Below are positions 25,024 through 37,267 of a stretch of 64,000 nt of DNA, piece after piece; positions within the stretch are counted from its first letter, which is position 1; each line of letters opens with the position of its first letter. The position numbers and the translations under genes were made by a program. The DNA is from a virus. The notes beneath the pieces were generated by a model. It did no database searches and was not told the origin of the DNA. It saw only the letters and a list, made by a program, of their open reading frames with translations. The stretch is taken from positions 100,383 through 164,382 of the IMG/VR virus record IMGVR_UViG_3300045125_000064, one strand, 5' to 3'.

Positions 25024-26221
25024 ATGCCCCAGAAGATCTTAACTGATAAATCAGTGTTAACTGAACAAGAGTTTTCTTCTTTATTTGCCAAATTCACAAT
25101 TCAGAACCCATTTTATTCATTGTATTCTTCAATTTGCAATAAAATGGCAACAGACAAAGTTCCAACAATTTGTGTGGCATTATCAAGATATAAAAACCAA
25201 TATAATATGTTCTATAATCTTGAATGGTGTTCACAATTTTCGGAAGAAGAATTATTTGAAATTTTCAAGCATGAACTTCTTCATATTATCTTGTCTCATT
25301 TGGATAACAGAAGGTTGACTGTTCATGGTAGACTTGCAAATATTGCTCAAGATTTGGCAATCAATTGTTTGTTAAATCAAACATATCTTCCAAAGATGCT
25401 TCTATTACCAGGGAGAGAACCATTTAGAAATTTTCCATTTGGACTTAGCTCAGAACAGTATTTGAAATTGTTGATGGAAAAACAATTGAGTGAAGAACAG
25501 ATTGACAAAATTGAGGAAAATGTTGGACAGCATGAAATTGATGAAGAAGTCCAGAAGAATTTGACTCATTGCCAATTGACCATGAGAGAAAAGAAGAGCT
25601 TAAAAATGACATATCTGACATAACAGATAAAGTTCTTGAAAAGTGTCCATCTGACATTCCTGTTAATATTCTTGGGAAGCTAAAAAAGCTCAAGATTGTT
25701 GCTCAAATAACCTGGAAGGACATTTTAAGGTCTGCGATCATTTCCCATATTGGAGCAAAGAATAATTCAAGGAAAACATATACAAAGATCAACAAAAGAA
25801 CACCATATATCTTCCCAGGAAAAAGCGTTTGAGAAGTTGCAGCATGGCTGTTGCAATTGACCAATCTGGTTCAATGACAGATGAGCTTATTTCAAGGCTC
25901 ATGATTGAAATTGAAGAGCTTGGCAAATATATTGATTTTGATGTTCTTCCATTTGATGATGTTGTTGATGAGGCAAATATTCAGAGGGTCAAGAAAGGGC
26001 AACATTATAAATTTGTCAGAACAAGATTTGGCGGAACAAACTTTTCCGCCGTTCAAAAATGGGTTGATCAACAAGGAAAATATAACTTCTTGATCTTTCT
26101 CACAGATTTGGGAGATATGATCCCTTATCATGGCAAGACACAAAGGATGTGGATTGCAAAAGCAGATGATACAATGGCTAAGTTCTTCAGAGATAATGGA
26201 GAAAAGGTGGTGTTATTATGA
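25024..26221 (+). CDS. DUF2201-type metallopeptidase plus C-terminal VWA domain (frameshifted)
   Basis: HELLHIILSH (HExxH), NIAQDLAINC, AVAIDQSGSM (MIDAS), GGTNF, FLTD. Confidence 0.8.
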
Positions 26222-26654
26222 TTGATGGTGTAAAAGTTTATGGAAAATTGTCTGTTATCTTGCAGCCTCATGTTGATTCTATTAACAAGAATAACTATGA
26301 AAAGGTTTTGAAAGAAAAATTATGCCTTTGCTGATTGATTATTGCTCGGAACATTTTCAAAATCATTATGATCATACTTCTATTATTGCTGCTGTTGTTG
26401 ATACTTTTGCAAGATTGCTTGCTCAAAAGTGTGATGAAGATCAAGGATTGATGTTTTATATTTTGAGCATTTGCGCTAAAAAGTGGGATTTTTCTGTTGT
26501 TCCAGTATATTCTCTCAAGTCTTATCTTCTCAATGTTGTTGATAAACAAACCTTTATCTACGTTGATAATTTGTTAAGGGAACATTTTAAGCAATTTGAT
26601 TTTTGGCTCCCCAAGAGAAGATTTCCTAAATGAGCTTGTGGGTTGATTCTTAAT

Positions 26655-26683
26655 TTGCGCCTTATGCAAAGAAGTGGTATAAT
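26655..26683 (+). promoter_or_regulatory. sigma70-like promoter
   Basis: TTGCGC-17 nt-TATAAT with GTGG before the -10. Confidence 0.65.
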
Positions 26684-26994
26684 ATTAGGACAGTGGAGAA
26701 ATTAGCATGGAACTATATGTTTTAACTCAGAATCATATTAATGATATTGACACCTTTTTGAGTCTTTTGATTATCAACCAAGACCCAAGAGTGAAAGTGA
26801 ATATCTTATCTGGTTTGACCATATTGAAAATATGAAAAAGCTTAATCAAGAAGAAAGAAAATCAAACACTCAAATGGAATTCACAGAAGCAATGCTTGGC
26901 CTTTATCAAAAGGATTTTTATCTGTGATGTATGATTTTGATGATGGCTGTGTTGTCTATCAAACAAACTATGAACACAATTAAGAGGAATAAAA

Positions 26995-28305
26995 ATGTAT
27001 AAGGCAGTTATTGCTAAAAATTGGTTCTGTTTCAGATATTCCAGGAGCAGATCGGATTCAATCTGCAAATGTCCTTGGAAATACTGTTGTTGTTTCCAAA
27101 CAAAATAATGTTGGGGAACTAGGTCTTTATTTTGAGTGCGATGGAAAATTAAGCCTTGAATTTCTAAAGGCAAACGATCTTATTGCCTACAAGGATGAAT
27201 TTGGAAATAAGAAAGGTGGTTTCTTTGATGAATCTGGTCGAGTAAGAGCACAGAAATTCAAAGGTGTTAAAAGCGATGGTTTCTGGTGCCCTCTGTCCTT
27301 TCTTGACTTTGCTGGTGTTGACTTGACTTTCTTGAAAGAACATGATACACTAGACTGTTTAAACGGAATTCCAATCTGTGAGAAATATATCACCAAGGCA
27401 ACCCAAAAAGCAGCAAATGCCAATGGGAATAAGCAGCAGAAGAAAAAGGAAGTCAAACAGAAAATCCCTGTTTTTCCCAAAGCATTTTGATACAGACTTG
27501 TTTCGTCAAAATGCATGGAAATTGAAGAAAGGTGAATTGCTTGTAATTACAGAAAAAATTGCATGGAACTTCCCAGCGTATTGCTTTTGCAGAGCAAATT
27601 AACATTTATCCAAAATGGTCTTGGAAATGGGTCAAAAACAAACTTGGTCTCTTGCCAGAAAAAGAATGGGTTCATGTTGTTGGCTCAAGAAATGTGACTC
27701 TTTCAACATTTGAAAATCGAGAAGAGGCAAAGAAAAAGGGTTTCTATGCAGATGAATCTTTTCCGTTATAAGGTTTGTGAAAACCTTGTTGAAAGCTAAA
27801 AAAGAATGAAATTTATTTGTGGAAGTTGTTGGATGGTGTGGTGAAAATTCCACAATCATGCCAACTGTTCATACAAAGGCAATCAAGGACAAAAATTTCT
27901 CCAAAGTTTATGGAGATTCATTTGTGTATTCTTATGGAAATAATTCAGGAGAATGCTCAATGTTTGTTTATCGAATTGCTCAAATGCACGAGGATGGGTC
28001 AATTGTAGATCTTCCTTGGTATGCTGTCAAGGCAAGATGCAAAGAATTGGGAATTAACCATGTTCCAGAAGTTTGTGATCCATTCCTATATGAGTGGGGA
28101 TGAGGAAAAACTTCGTGTTCTTGTTGAATCTTTGACAGATGGTTCTTCGACACTTGATCAAAAGCATATTCGTGAAGGTGTTGTTGTTCGTCAAGAACAA
28201 TACCCTGTGGTTTATGCAATGAAATCAAAAAGTTTCGTTTTCAAGATCCTCGAAGGTATTGCTAAAGACAATTCTGATTACATTGACTTAGAAGAGTCTG
28301 CTTAA
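26995..28305 (+). CDS. RNA ligase, DRB0094/Rnl5-like with N-terminal OB fold (frameshifted)
   Basis: IPGADRIQSA, LYFECDG, VRAQKFKGVKSDG, ITEK-HGTS motif I, IREGVVVR, KSKSFVFK..EG. Confidence 0.8.
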
Positions 28306-28316
28306 ATATTTCAAGG

Positions 28317-28363
28317 TTTCTCTCCTTCCTTACTATTTAAAGTATTAGAAGGAAGGAGAGAAA
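28317..28363 (+). promoter_or_regulatory. ACTATTTA motif inside a 15-bp hairpin covering the RBS
   Basis: tttctctccttcctt (28317-28331) / aaggaaggagagaaa (28349-28363); motif 28332-28339; ATG 28365. Confidence 0.75.
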
Positions 28364-28364
28364 C

Positions 28365-29417
28365 ATGGATTCAGGAATATACGAAATACGGAATATTATA
28401 ACAGGGGATTTATACATTGGTTCCACAATAAATTTTGATGAAAGAGAAAGAAGACATTATTCACTTTTAAGGAATGGAAAACATACAAATATATTTCTGC
28501 AAAATGCAGTCAACAAATATGGACTAGAGAACTTTGTCTTTTCTATTTTGGAAGAATGCGAACCAGATAACGAAACACTATTACAGAAAGAAACTCTGTA
28601 TATAGAAAGCGAAACCCCAAGATATAATTTAATGTCGGCAAAGTGTGGAAGATTCCAACATTCAGAAGAATCTAAAAAGAAAATAATAGAAACTTTAAAA
28701 AAGTCATTTTTGGATAATCCAGAGAAAGCAAAGGCAATTTCTCTAAGAAACAAGGGCAGAAAACATACTGAAGAAGCAAAGAAAAAAGTTAGTTTGGCAA
28801 ACAAAGGAAAAAAGAAAATATGGAAATCTGGATTGCATCCAATGCAAGGAAAGATTGGAGCTATGAAAGGGAAAACTGGCTCTTTATGCCCAGCATATGG
28901 TAGAAAAGGTTCCCTAAATGCCGCTTCTAAGAAAGTTAAACAATTAGATAAATATACTAATGAAGTAATCAAAATTTTTGATTCAGTTTCTCTTGCATGT
29001 GAGGCTGTTGGCATAAAATCAAGAACTGATATAGCTAGGGTTTGCACTAGTAGGCAGAAAACTGCTGGCGGTTATAGATGGGAGTATGTAGAAGAAAATC
29101 AATATATTCCAGAAATTATAAATAATAATAAAATTTGTCAGTTTTCGCAAAATATGGAATTTATAAAAGAGTGGGATTCTTCATTAGAAGTCTCCCGTGA
29201 GTTTAAATGTATGCAAAGAGCAATAGAAAGATGCTGTAGAGGGAAACAAAAACTTCACACGGATTTATCTGGAGATATGCTTCAGATTGCGATGATGAAA
29301 TTATCGTTGTTGAGGAAAAATGAATATTTTCTTTGTTATCTGGGACATAGTTATCATTATAGTTTGCCTTTGCCTTTATGTATTAACATTTCCACCAATA
29401 TTGTTTGGTATTACTGA
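28365..29417 (+). mobile_element. GIY-YIG homing endonuclease with NUMOD3- and NUMOD1-like DNA-binding repeats (true stop probably earlier, about 29300)
   Basis: SGIYEIRNIITGDLYIGST; HSEESKKKI and HTEEAKKKVS repeats; KVKQLDK..IKIFDSV..A..RQKTAGGYRW. Confidence 0.92.
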
Positions 29418-30504
29418 CAACTATTCTGATTTATCAAAACTGGAATTTCCAGCAAACACATTTGTTGCTGTTGGTATTTTTGGAACAGCATTTTTGAGCT
29501 GGGCATACATCATTCCTTTTATTTTTAGTACCTTATCTGTTGCAATAAAATAAACCAACAGGCCAAGAAAAGCCTCAAGAGGCATTTTAAGCCTTGTTTC
29601 TATCTGGACCAGCAATGTGTCATGTTTGATGTTTCTTTCCTTCCTTGGGCTGTTTCTGCCCCATTGAAGGGCATTGCATATGCATCATTGCTGGTCCAGA
29701 CATTAGAGAGAAAGAGATGCAATATTTGACAGCAAAAGAAATGGAGCACATCTCAAAAAATGTCAATAGCAATTCTATTGAACTAAATTCTCAAGAACAA
29801 GAATTATTTGATGAAATCTATGAAATGATCGAAATGCGCTCTAAAGAAGGACAACAAACATATCATTTTGGTGTCGAAGATTTAAGAATTGATTTTCTTA
29901 ATAAAGTTATTAAAAAGTTTAAATCACTTGGATATTATGTTATGTTCGCAGGAAGAGGCAACTCTTACGAAGACAGATATAGAATTATGAATCACTATTG
30001 TATCAAATGGAGCAATGAACAATGTTAATTAAATTGGTTGTTGGGGATTGGTCTGGTGATGGCCATGATAAACATGAAGATATTTATGTTGATGTTAACG
30101 TAAGTTCAAAAGAAGAACTTTTGGGCCTTATACAAGGAATCTGTCAAAACTCTTGGATTTGATTCGATCAATGATTATTGTTATAAATATGATGATCACC
30201 AGATTCCAAAAGAAGTGGTCAAGAAAAAATCAGTGATAAGCTGAAAGAGACAAATAGGTATAATTATTCCCAATATAGGGAAAATGGAGAATTTGTTCTT
30301 GATCAAAATTATTTTAATGAAGATAATTTTTCAGTGTTTTATTATGTTTGGGTTGAATTGTTTCTAGAATTCTGTGCCTGCTCAAAGCCAGATCTAGAAT
30401 ATTCTTATCCAAAGACCAACGTTGATGAACTTGACATTGGCGGATATGGTCTGTTTTTTTGAGCCAGCGTCCATTGTATGTGCTGGATGTTATTAATTTT
30501 TAAC

Positions 30505-30533
30505 TTGCACCTTATCCAAAAGTGTGCTATAAT
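30505..30533 (+). promoter_or_regulatory. sigma70-like promoter (extended -10)
   Basis: TTGCAC-17 nt-TATAAT with TGn. Confidence 0.65.
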
Positions 30534-31295
30534 GTAGGGAGAGGTGAGAAAATGATGCTATTTGTAAATTGTCTCGGTGGTTTGGTCCTTTTATGTGTTG
30601 CTGTCATTGCAACAAACAACTTTTGGAGAAAAGGAAACTGAAGAAGGATCTTGCTGAATATGAGAAGTTGACCAACCAAGGTTGACAAACGGAAAAATTT
30701 GTGCTATCATCAAAATTGTTCAATGGAACCCTGGAAGAACAATATAAAATTTGAATGAACATTCAATATTTTTTATTCATCTTCTTTTCTTTCCAACTTT
30801 CAAACAACATAACATATTCTTCCAACAATTTTGATGAAACCCTGAAGAAAGAGGGAGAAGAAGAAAATGAAACAATGAAACTTACAAAGAAAGAAATTAT
30901 GTGTGCTGGCCCTGTTGCCAGAATGTCCAGATGTTTCTCTTTTGGAAAGTTTGGTTCTGGATATATGATCACTCCTGTGATGATCTATGAGCTTGATTAT
31001 GTTAACAAACAATATGACTTGATTGGAATTGGTCCGAAGTCAAGAGAGAAAACAGTTCTTGAAGCTGTTGCAACTCTTGTTGAATATGGTGCCCTGAAAT
31101 ATGACGAATATTCAGAAGATATCAAATTCACTGTTGATGACATAAACAAAACTAATAAGATCATATCATTGTCTGAAGCGATGTATGTCGAAAGACAACA
31201 AAAGGTTCTGGAAGAGAAGAATAAACTCTATGCAGAAACTGCAACTGCAACAGACATTCCAGAAGAGAAACCAAAGAAAACAAGGAAAAAGAAAA

Positions 31296-32257
31296 ATGCC
31301 AGTTAATAACCAATATGGTGTAATTGTTGGAAGATTCCAGAATTACTTCTTGCATGATGGTCACAAAGCTCTGATTGAGTATGTTTCCGGAGTACACATG
31401 GAGAGTAATACCATTATTTTTATTGGTGTAGCAAGAGGAAATCCAACAGATCGAAATCCTCTTGATTTTGAGTCAAGAAAGAGCTTGATTTTGGAATCAT
31501 ATCCAGGAATTACTGTTCTTCCTTTGAGGGATCAAAAATCAGATATTCAGTGGTCAGAGATCCTTGATAATCTGCTTGATACAATCACATTAGGTCATGC
31601 AACGCTATATGGTGGAAGGGATAATTTCTTCAAGAATTATCATGGCAAATATCCAACCATTGAAATTGAAGGTTCTGATCTTAGTCCATTTGGTTCAAGA
31701 AGTCTTGATTGGATTAACAATCAATCTGCAAGCAATTACAGAAATGAAGTTGCAGATCAATTTAACGACAATCCAGATCAAAGACTTGGTGCAATCAAAT
31801 CTGTGATGCAGCGTTATCCTGTTGTTTATCCAACAGTTGATGTTATTGTTCGGAATTCTGACAACAGAATTCTTTTGGGAAAGAAGAAAAATGAATCTCA
31901 GTGGAGAATGATTGGTGGATTTGTGGATCCAAAGGATCAATCACTCGCAGATGCCGCAAAACGAGAATTCAGAGAAGAAACAGGTGGTGATGTTGAAATC
32001 TCAAATCCAGTTTTCTTTGATTCAAGAAAGGTTGATGACTGGAGATATAAGGGAACAAAAGATGGAATTATGACCACAGTTTTTGTTGCCAATTATCTTT
32101 TGGTGCTCCAAAGGCTTCTGATGACATTGACAAACTGGAATGGATCCATGTCAACGACATTGGGCCAATGTGCCATAATGATGAAATTGTTGACGAACAT
32201 CAAGCAATTCTGGGATCATATGTTGTCGAATTTCCAGCAACTAAGTGGATGTAAAGA
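31296..32257 (+). CDS. Bifunctional NMN adenylyltransferase / Nudix hydrolase (NadM-Nudix type)
   Basis: VIVGRFQ..LHDGH, DRNPLDFESR, YPVVYPTVD, IGGFVD.....AAKREFREETG Nudix box; frameshift near 32100. Confidence 0.92.
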
Positions 32258-32289
32258 AATATAACAAGCAATAATAGATAAGTAAAAAT

Positions 32290-33243
32290 ATGGTAAAGAA
32301 ATATTATTCAGATACAATAAAGTGCGAAAACCCAAATTGTGATAATTTTGTTGTAAGGTATGGAAAGAAACTTTCCAAAACTTGCGGAAATACTGAATGT
32401 ATTATTTATGTCAGAAAGAAGACAAATTTAGAAAAATACGGAAATGTCAATAACTTGCATTCTAAGGTCGGAAAAGAAAAAGTATTAGCAACCCTTAAAG
32501 AAAAATATGGCAGTGAAATTACTAATGTTTCCCAAATAGAATCTGTAAAACAAAAAAAGAAAGATACTTGTCTGAAAAACTTTGGTGTAGAATGGCCAAT
32601 GCAATCTGGTGAGATACTTGATAAATCTAAAAATACTTGTATAGAAAAATATGGAGTTGATAATTGTTCAAAATCAGAAGTTGTAATAGAAAAGATAAGA
32701 AACAATCTTTATATTATTGATGAAAAAACTGGTTTGACAAAAATAGAGCTAATAAATTTAAAAACTAGAAATGTTTGTCTTGAAAGATACGGAAAAGAAT
32801 ATTATTTTGAAACAGAACAATTCAAAGAACATTTAAAGAGCCATATTTTAGAAAAATATGGTGAAGATAACATATTTAAAACTGAATTCTTTAAAGCTCT
32901 GATGAAAGAAAAGGGTTTTCATCGAAGTGATGATGCCGATTTGTCTTTGTGGGTTGATTACACCGCAAAAGTAAGAAGATTAACTGAAATTACCTTCAGA
33001 AAATATGTTGAAATTCTGTGTGTCGAAAGCCAAAGAGGAAAAGAATTTCATCTAGACCACATATTTTCAATTTATGAAGGATATAGACAAGGTGTTGAAG
33101 CAGAAGTGATGGCTTCTATTGTGAACCTGCAAATGATTCCAGCGGAAACTAATCATAGAAAGAATAGAAAATGTTGGATTGATAAAGAACAACTGTTAGA
33201 AAATTATCAAAAATTATTAAAGGAAGAGAAAAATGAACAATAA
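32290..33243 (+). mobile_element. Putative free-standing HNH-type homing endonuclease with repeated EKYG/KNFG modules
   Basis: Five or more T(C/N)LEKYGV-type repeats; C-terminal FHLDHIFS...NLQMIP..TNHRKN. Confidence 0.7.
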
Positions 33244-34657
33244 CATAATCCTACAAGCTGACGGTTATAAAATTTCTCATGCCGAACAATATCCACTACA
33301 TACAGAATATGTTTATTCATATCTTGAATCTAGGGGTGGAAAGTTTAGCAAGACGCTTTTCTATGGTCTTCAATACTATCTCAAGAAATATCTTGAGGGT
33401 GAAGTTGTTTCCGTAGAAAAGATTGATAAAGCTGAAAAATTGCTAAAATCTTATCTTGGCAATTCAATTGATTGGACTGCTTGGCGGAAACGCTGGGAGT
33501 ATATTATTGATACTTATGATGGGAAACTTCCAATTGAGATCAGGGCTGTTGCAGAAGGTTCTGTTGTTGAAACTCACAACGTTCTTATGACAGTTGTGAA
33601 CACAGATCCAAATTGCTATTGGCTGACAAACTATCTGGAAACCCTGTTGTCGGAAATTTGGTATCCAATAACAGTCGCAACACAAAGCAGGGAAATTAAA
33701 GAGGTTATTCTGAAGTTTCTTCAAGAAACTGGATCGAAAGATCCAAATAGTGATATTCTATTCAAATTGCATTGTTTTGGATATCGCGGAGTTTCTTCTC
33801 AAGAATCAGCAGCATTAGGAAGTTCTGCTCATCTTGTTAATTTCCTTGGCACTGATACTGTTAATGCTCTGGAATTGATTCAGGAATACTATAAAGGATA
33901 TAACGTTGGTTTCTCAATTCCAGCATCAGAGCATTCCACAATCACAAGTTGGGGAAAGGAAAACGAAGTAAAAGCATTTGAAAATATGCTTGATAAATAT
34001 CCAACTGGACTTGTTGCCTGTGTTTCAGATTCATTCAATATCTTCGATGCTTGTGAACACCTTTGGGGAGAACAGCTAAAAGATAAGATTATGAATCGAG
34101 ATGGCACATTGGTTGTCAGGCCAGATTCAGGAGATCCAAAAGCTGTTGTTCTTCAAATCATTAATATCCTTGGTGATAAGTTTGGGTATTCAACCAACGA
34201 AAAGGGATTCAAAGTTCTTGATCCTCATGTTCGGATTATTCAAGGAGATGGTGTTTGTTATGAATCAATCATTGAGATTCTTCAGACTCTAAAAGATAAT
34301 GGTTGGGCTGCTGAAAATATTGGTTTTGGGTCCGGTGGTGCATTGATCCAGAAATTAGACCGTGATTCCCAGAGGTTTGCTTTTAAGTGTTCTGCGATTT
34401 GTGTTGATGGCCAGTGGCAAGATGTTTGGAAGGATCCAATTACAGATCCTGGAAAAACTTCAAAGAGGGGACACTTAATTCTTTACAAAGCAGAGAATGG
34501 GAAATATCACACTTTGTCAATCGAAGAAGATAAAGAGCGCCCAGATAATGATAGGTTTGAATATCGCAGGAATCAGCTTGTTCCAGTTTTTAGGAATGGA
34601 GAAGTCTTGAAAAAATACACCTTCTCAGAAATCCGTGAGAATGCAAAGTTGTCATAA
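33233..34657 (+). CDS. nadV: Nicotinamide phosphoribosyltransferase (NAMPT)
   Basis: ADGYKISH..QYP, LHCFGYRG, PASEHS, VSDSF, VVRPDSG, IIQGDG, FGSGGAL, FAFKC, DPITDPGKTSKRG; intact 474 aa. Confidence 0.96.
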   Translation: MNNNIILQADGYKISHAEQYPLHTEYVYSYLESRGGKFSKTLFYGLQYYLKKYLEGEVVSVEKIDKAEKLLKSYLGNSIDWTAWRKRWEYIIDTYDGKLPIEIRAVAEGSVVETHNVLMTVVNTDPNCYWLTNYLETLLSEIWYPITVATQSREIKEVILKFLQETGSKDPNSDILFKLHCFGYRGVSSQESAALGSSAHLVNFLGTDTVNALELIQEYYKGYNVGFSIPASEHSTITSWGKENEVKAFENMLDKYPTGLVACVSDSFNIFDACEHLWGEQLKDKIMNRDGTLVVRPDSGDPKAVVLQIINILGDKFGYSTNEKGFKVLDPHVRIIQGDGVCYESIIEILQTLKDNGWAAENIGFGSGGALIQKLDRDSQRFAFKCSAICVDGQWQDVWKDPITDPGKTSKRGHLILYKAENGKYHTLSIEEDKERPDNDRFEYRRNQLVPVFRNGEVLKKYTFSEIRENAKLS

Positions 34658-35820
34658 TAAATTCAGAGGCTTCAATGGCTTGGTATCGTTCTTATTATCT
34701 TCCAAATGATCGAAAATCATATGTTTATTGCGTTGTATGTGAAGCATTTGGCGGAGACTGTTTAACAAAAGAACAATGTAAATCAACATATATTGAAAAT
34801 TATCATTGTAGCACCTGTAAAACTACTGGAGCTTTGCGATATCAATTTGAATATGAAGAAGGGGAAAAAATCAATTTTCCTGCAATTGGTGCTGCACAAC
34901 AAAAAAATATTATGGAGCCTGTTAAATTCAAAGAAGATAAAAACGCAATTTCAAAATGTGGTTCCAATAAATGTGATGGAACTTGCATGGATCCAGAATG
35001 TCTTGGAACACCAAATTACCTTTGCAAAAATTGAGAAAGACAAACAATATCAGATTGCATTGAAACAAAAAATAACAAGGAAAGATCTTATTCTTAAAGG
35101 AATAATTCCTGGAATAATCTTTGGATATTTGATTGCATATTTGATATATTGGGTGATGTGAAAATGAAACAAAATGAATTCCGCCAATATCTTTCCGACA
35201 AATTAAAGAAAATGAATCAAGAAGGTGAAATCTGGCTTTCTTGGTCAAATCATAGAATCAAGGCAATTCCTATCTCAAAATATGAACATGGTTGTCATGA
35301 ATGCCTCCCTGTTATCTTCAAGGATAAAGGGAAGATCACAATGGGAACATTAATTAGCCAGAACAAAAACAGATTTAAGATAACACCATCTGTTCAGGGA
35401 TTTAATGCAAATCCTGAATGGATAAGAAGCTATGTCAGCCAGAGGAATATTCTTGCTGTCATTTTAGAAACACATGAGGAAAAAAATGATATTAAACAAT
35501 AAAACAAAAACAAAGTTTAAAGTTGTGCAGTCAGATAAGACGCAACAGAATCCAGAACATTTATCTATTCTTTATCATGAACCATCTGAGCAATTATTCT
35601 TATTTATTCATGATAAAGAAGACCAATCAAATTATGATGATGGGAATGCTATGTTGGTGCTTCTGAATGCTGAAGAATCAACATGCCTGAATTATTGGGA
35701 ATTCATTAGGGATGAACTTCTAAAGGCAAAACTTGCTGATTATGATTTTACACAGTGGAGAAAAATTTTCAGAGAATTTGATTTTTCCATTGATATTTTG
35801 GATAAGAAATAAGGAGAAAA

Positions 35821-36402
35821 ATGAAAAAAGGATATGCAGCAATAGGCGTTATTATTGATAAATCTGGCTCAATGAGTGGTCTTGTGAATGACACCATTGG
35901 TGGGTTTAACCAACTGTTAAAAGAGCAAAAAGAAGCTCCAGGTGAAGCAGATTTAACTCTGACTTTATTTGATTCTAAAGTTGATTGCAAAGAACCAAAG
36001 AAGCTTTCAGAGGTTCAAGAATTAACCAACAAAACCTATGTTCCAGGCGGGTCAACATCATTGCTTGATGCAATCGGAACAACTATCACAAAAATGGGAA
36101 AACGTTTTGCTGATATGCAAGAGGATGAACGACCTGAGAAGGTTCTAATTGCCATTATTACAGATGGAGAGGAAAACACATCAACAGAATTCTCAAATGA
36201 TAAGATTCGAGAAATGATCAAAGAGCAAACAGAAAAATATTCTTGGGAATTCCAATACTTTGGAGCCAATCAAGATTCATTTTCTGTTGGTGGATCGTTG
36301 GGATTATCAACAGGATCTTGTGCAAATTATGTTTCAAACTCAATCGGAACAAGATCAGCATATAAAGATATGTCAAAATCATTGCTAAAATCAAGAGCAT
36401 AA
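35821..36402 (+). CDS. VWA-domain protein
   Basis: IIDKSGSM MIDAS, TIGGFN, GGSTSLLDAIG, IITDGEENTS. Confidence 0.9.
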   Translation: MKKGYAAIGVIIDKSGSMSGLVNDTIGGFNQLLKEQKEAPGEADLTLTLFDSKVDCKEPKKLSEVQELTNKTYVPGGSTSLLDAIGTTITKMGKRFADMQEDERPEKVLIAIITDGEENTSTEFSNDKIREMIKEQTEKYSWEFQYFGANQDSFSVGGSLGLSTGSCANYVSNSIGTRSAYKDMSKSLLKSRA

Positions 36403-37163
36403 AATCACTGCTCATTTTAAGAGCATAAATAAAGGAGAAAAATGCCAGTTGTGCCAAACAAACCAAGTGTGAAGAAACCAACAAAGCCAACAGCAGTTGC
36501 AAAATCTGTCGTTGTGCCAAAAGAGAAAAAGAAACCAAGCCAAAAGCAGAAACTGCCGCATCAAAGCAGCGTCGAATTGGAATGCCAGAATTTCCATCAA
36601 CAAATCGTTTGACCATGAAATATCTGGATGATGCTCAAGAGGTTATTATCTCTTGGGTTGAGAATCTGATTCAGGAGCTAAAGGCTCAAGGAATTAATGT
36701 TTCAGATCTTCCAAGTCTTTCAAATGTTCCTATTGCTGTTGCAAAGAAATCAACATCTGCAAAACTTGTTGACCTAAAGGAAGATGCTGAAATCGTTGAT
36801 CTTGATGATGAGCAAGAAAACGATGATGAATATGTGAATGTCTAGGAGCAACAATAATGTCAGCCCATCCTCTTAAAATTGTTGGAATGAATGAAGATGG
36901 TCAACCTGTTGTTTCCATTTTTGAAATGGTTGACTCAAGAGGTATTGATATTGAAATTCTTATTGAAGAATTAAAGAAATCAAACATTTCAATCTCTTGG
37001 AGTGATTATTGGGACTGCGCTTTCAAAGCAAACTATAACCTTCAAAGAAAGTTGGATGAGTTGGCAAATATTATCTCTTTCCAATATGGAAAACCTTATG
37101 CAGAGGTCTGGAAGCAAAAATCTGCTGCATATATCAGTTTGCTTCTTTCCAAAAATTCTTAAT

Positions 37164-37192
37164 TTGCTCCCTATGCAAATATGTGGTAAGAT
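37164..37192 (+). promoter_or_regulatory. sigma70-like promoter with TATGCAAATATGTGG spacer
   Basis: TTGCTC-17 nt-TAAGAT. Confidence 0.55.
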
Positions 37193-37267
37193 ATAATGGT
37201 TGGTCCTCTGGGCTGTCCAAGATCCTGTTTAACAGGGTTGTAAAGCCCAGAAAAGAATGAGAAACAG

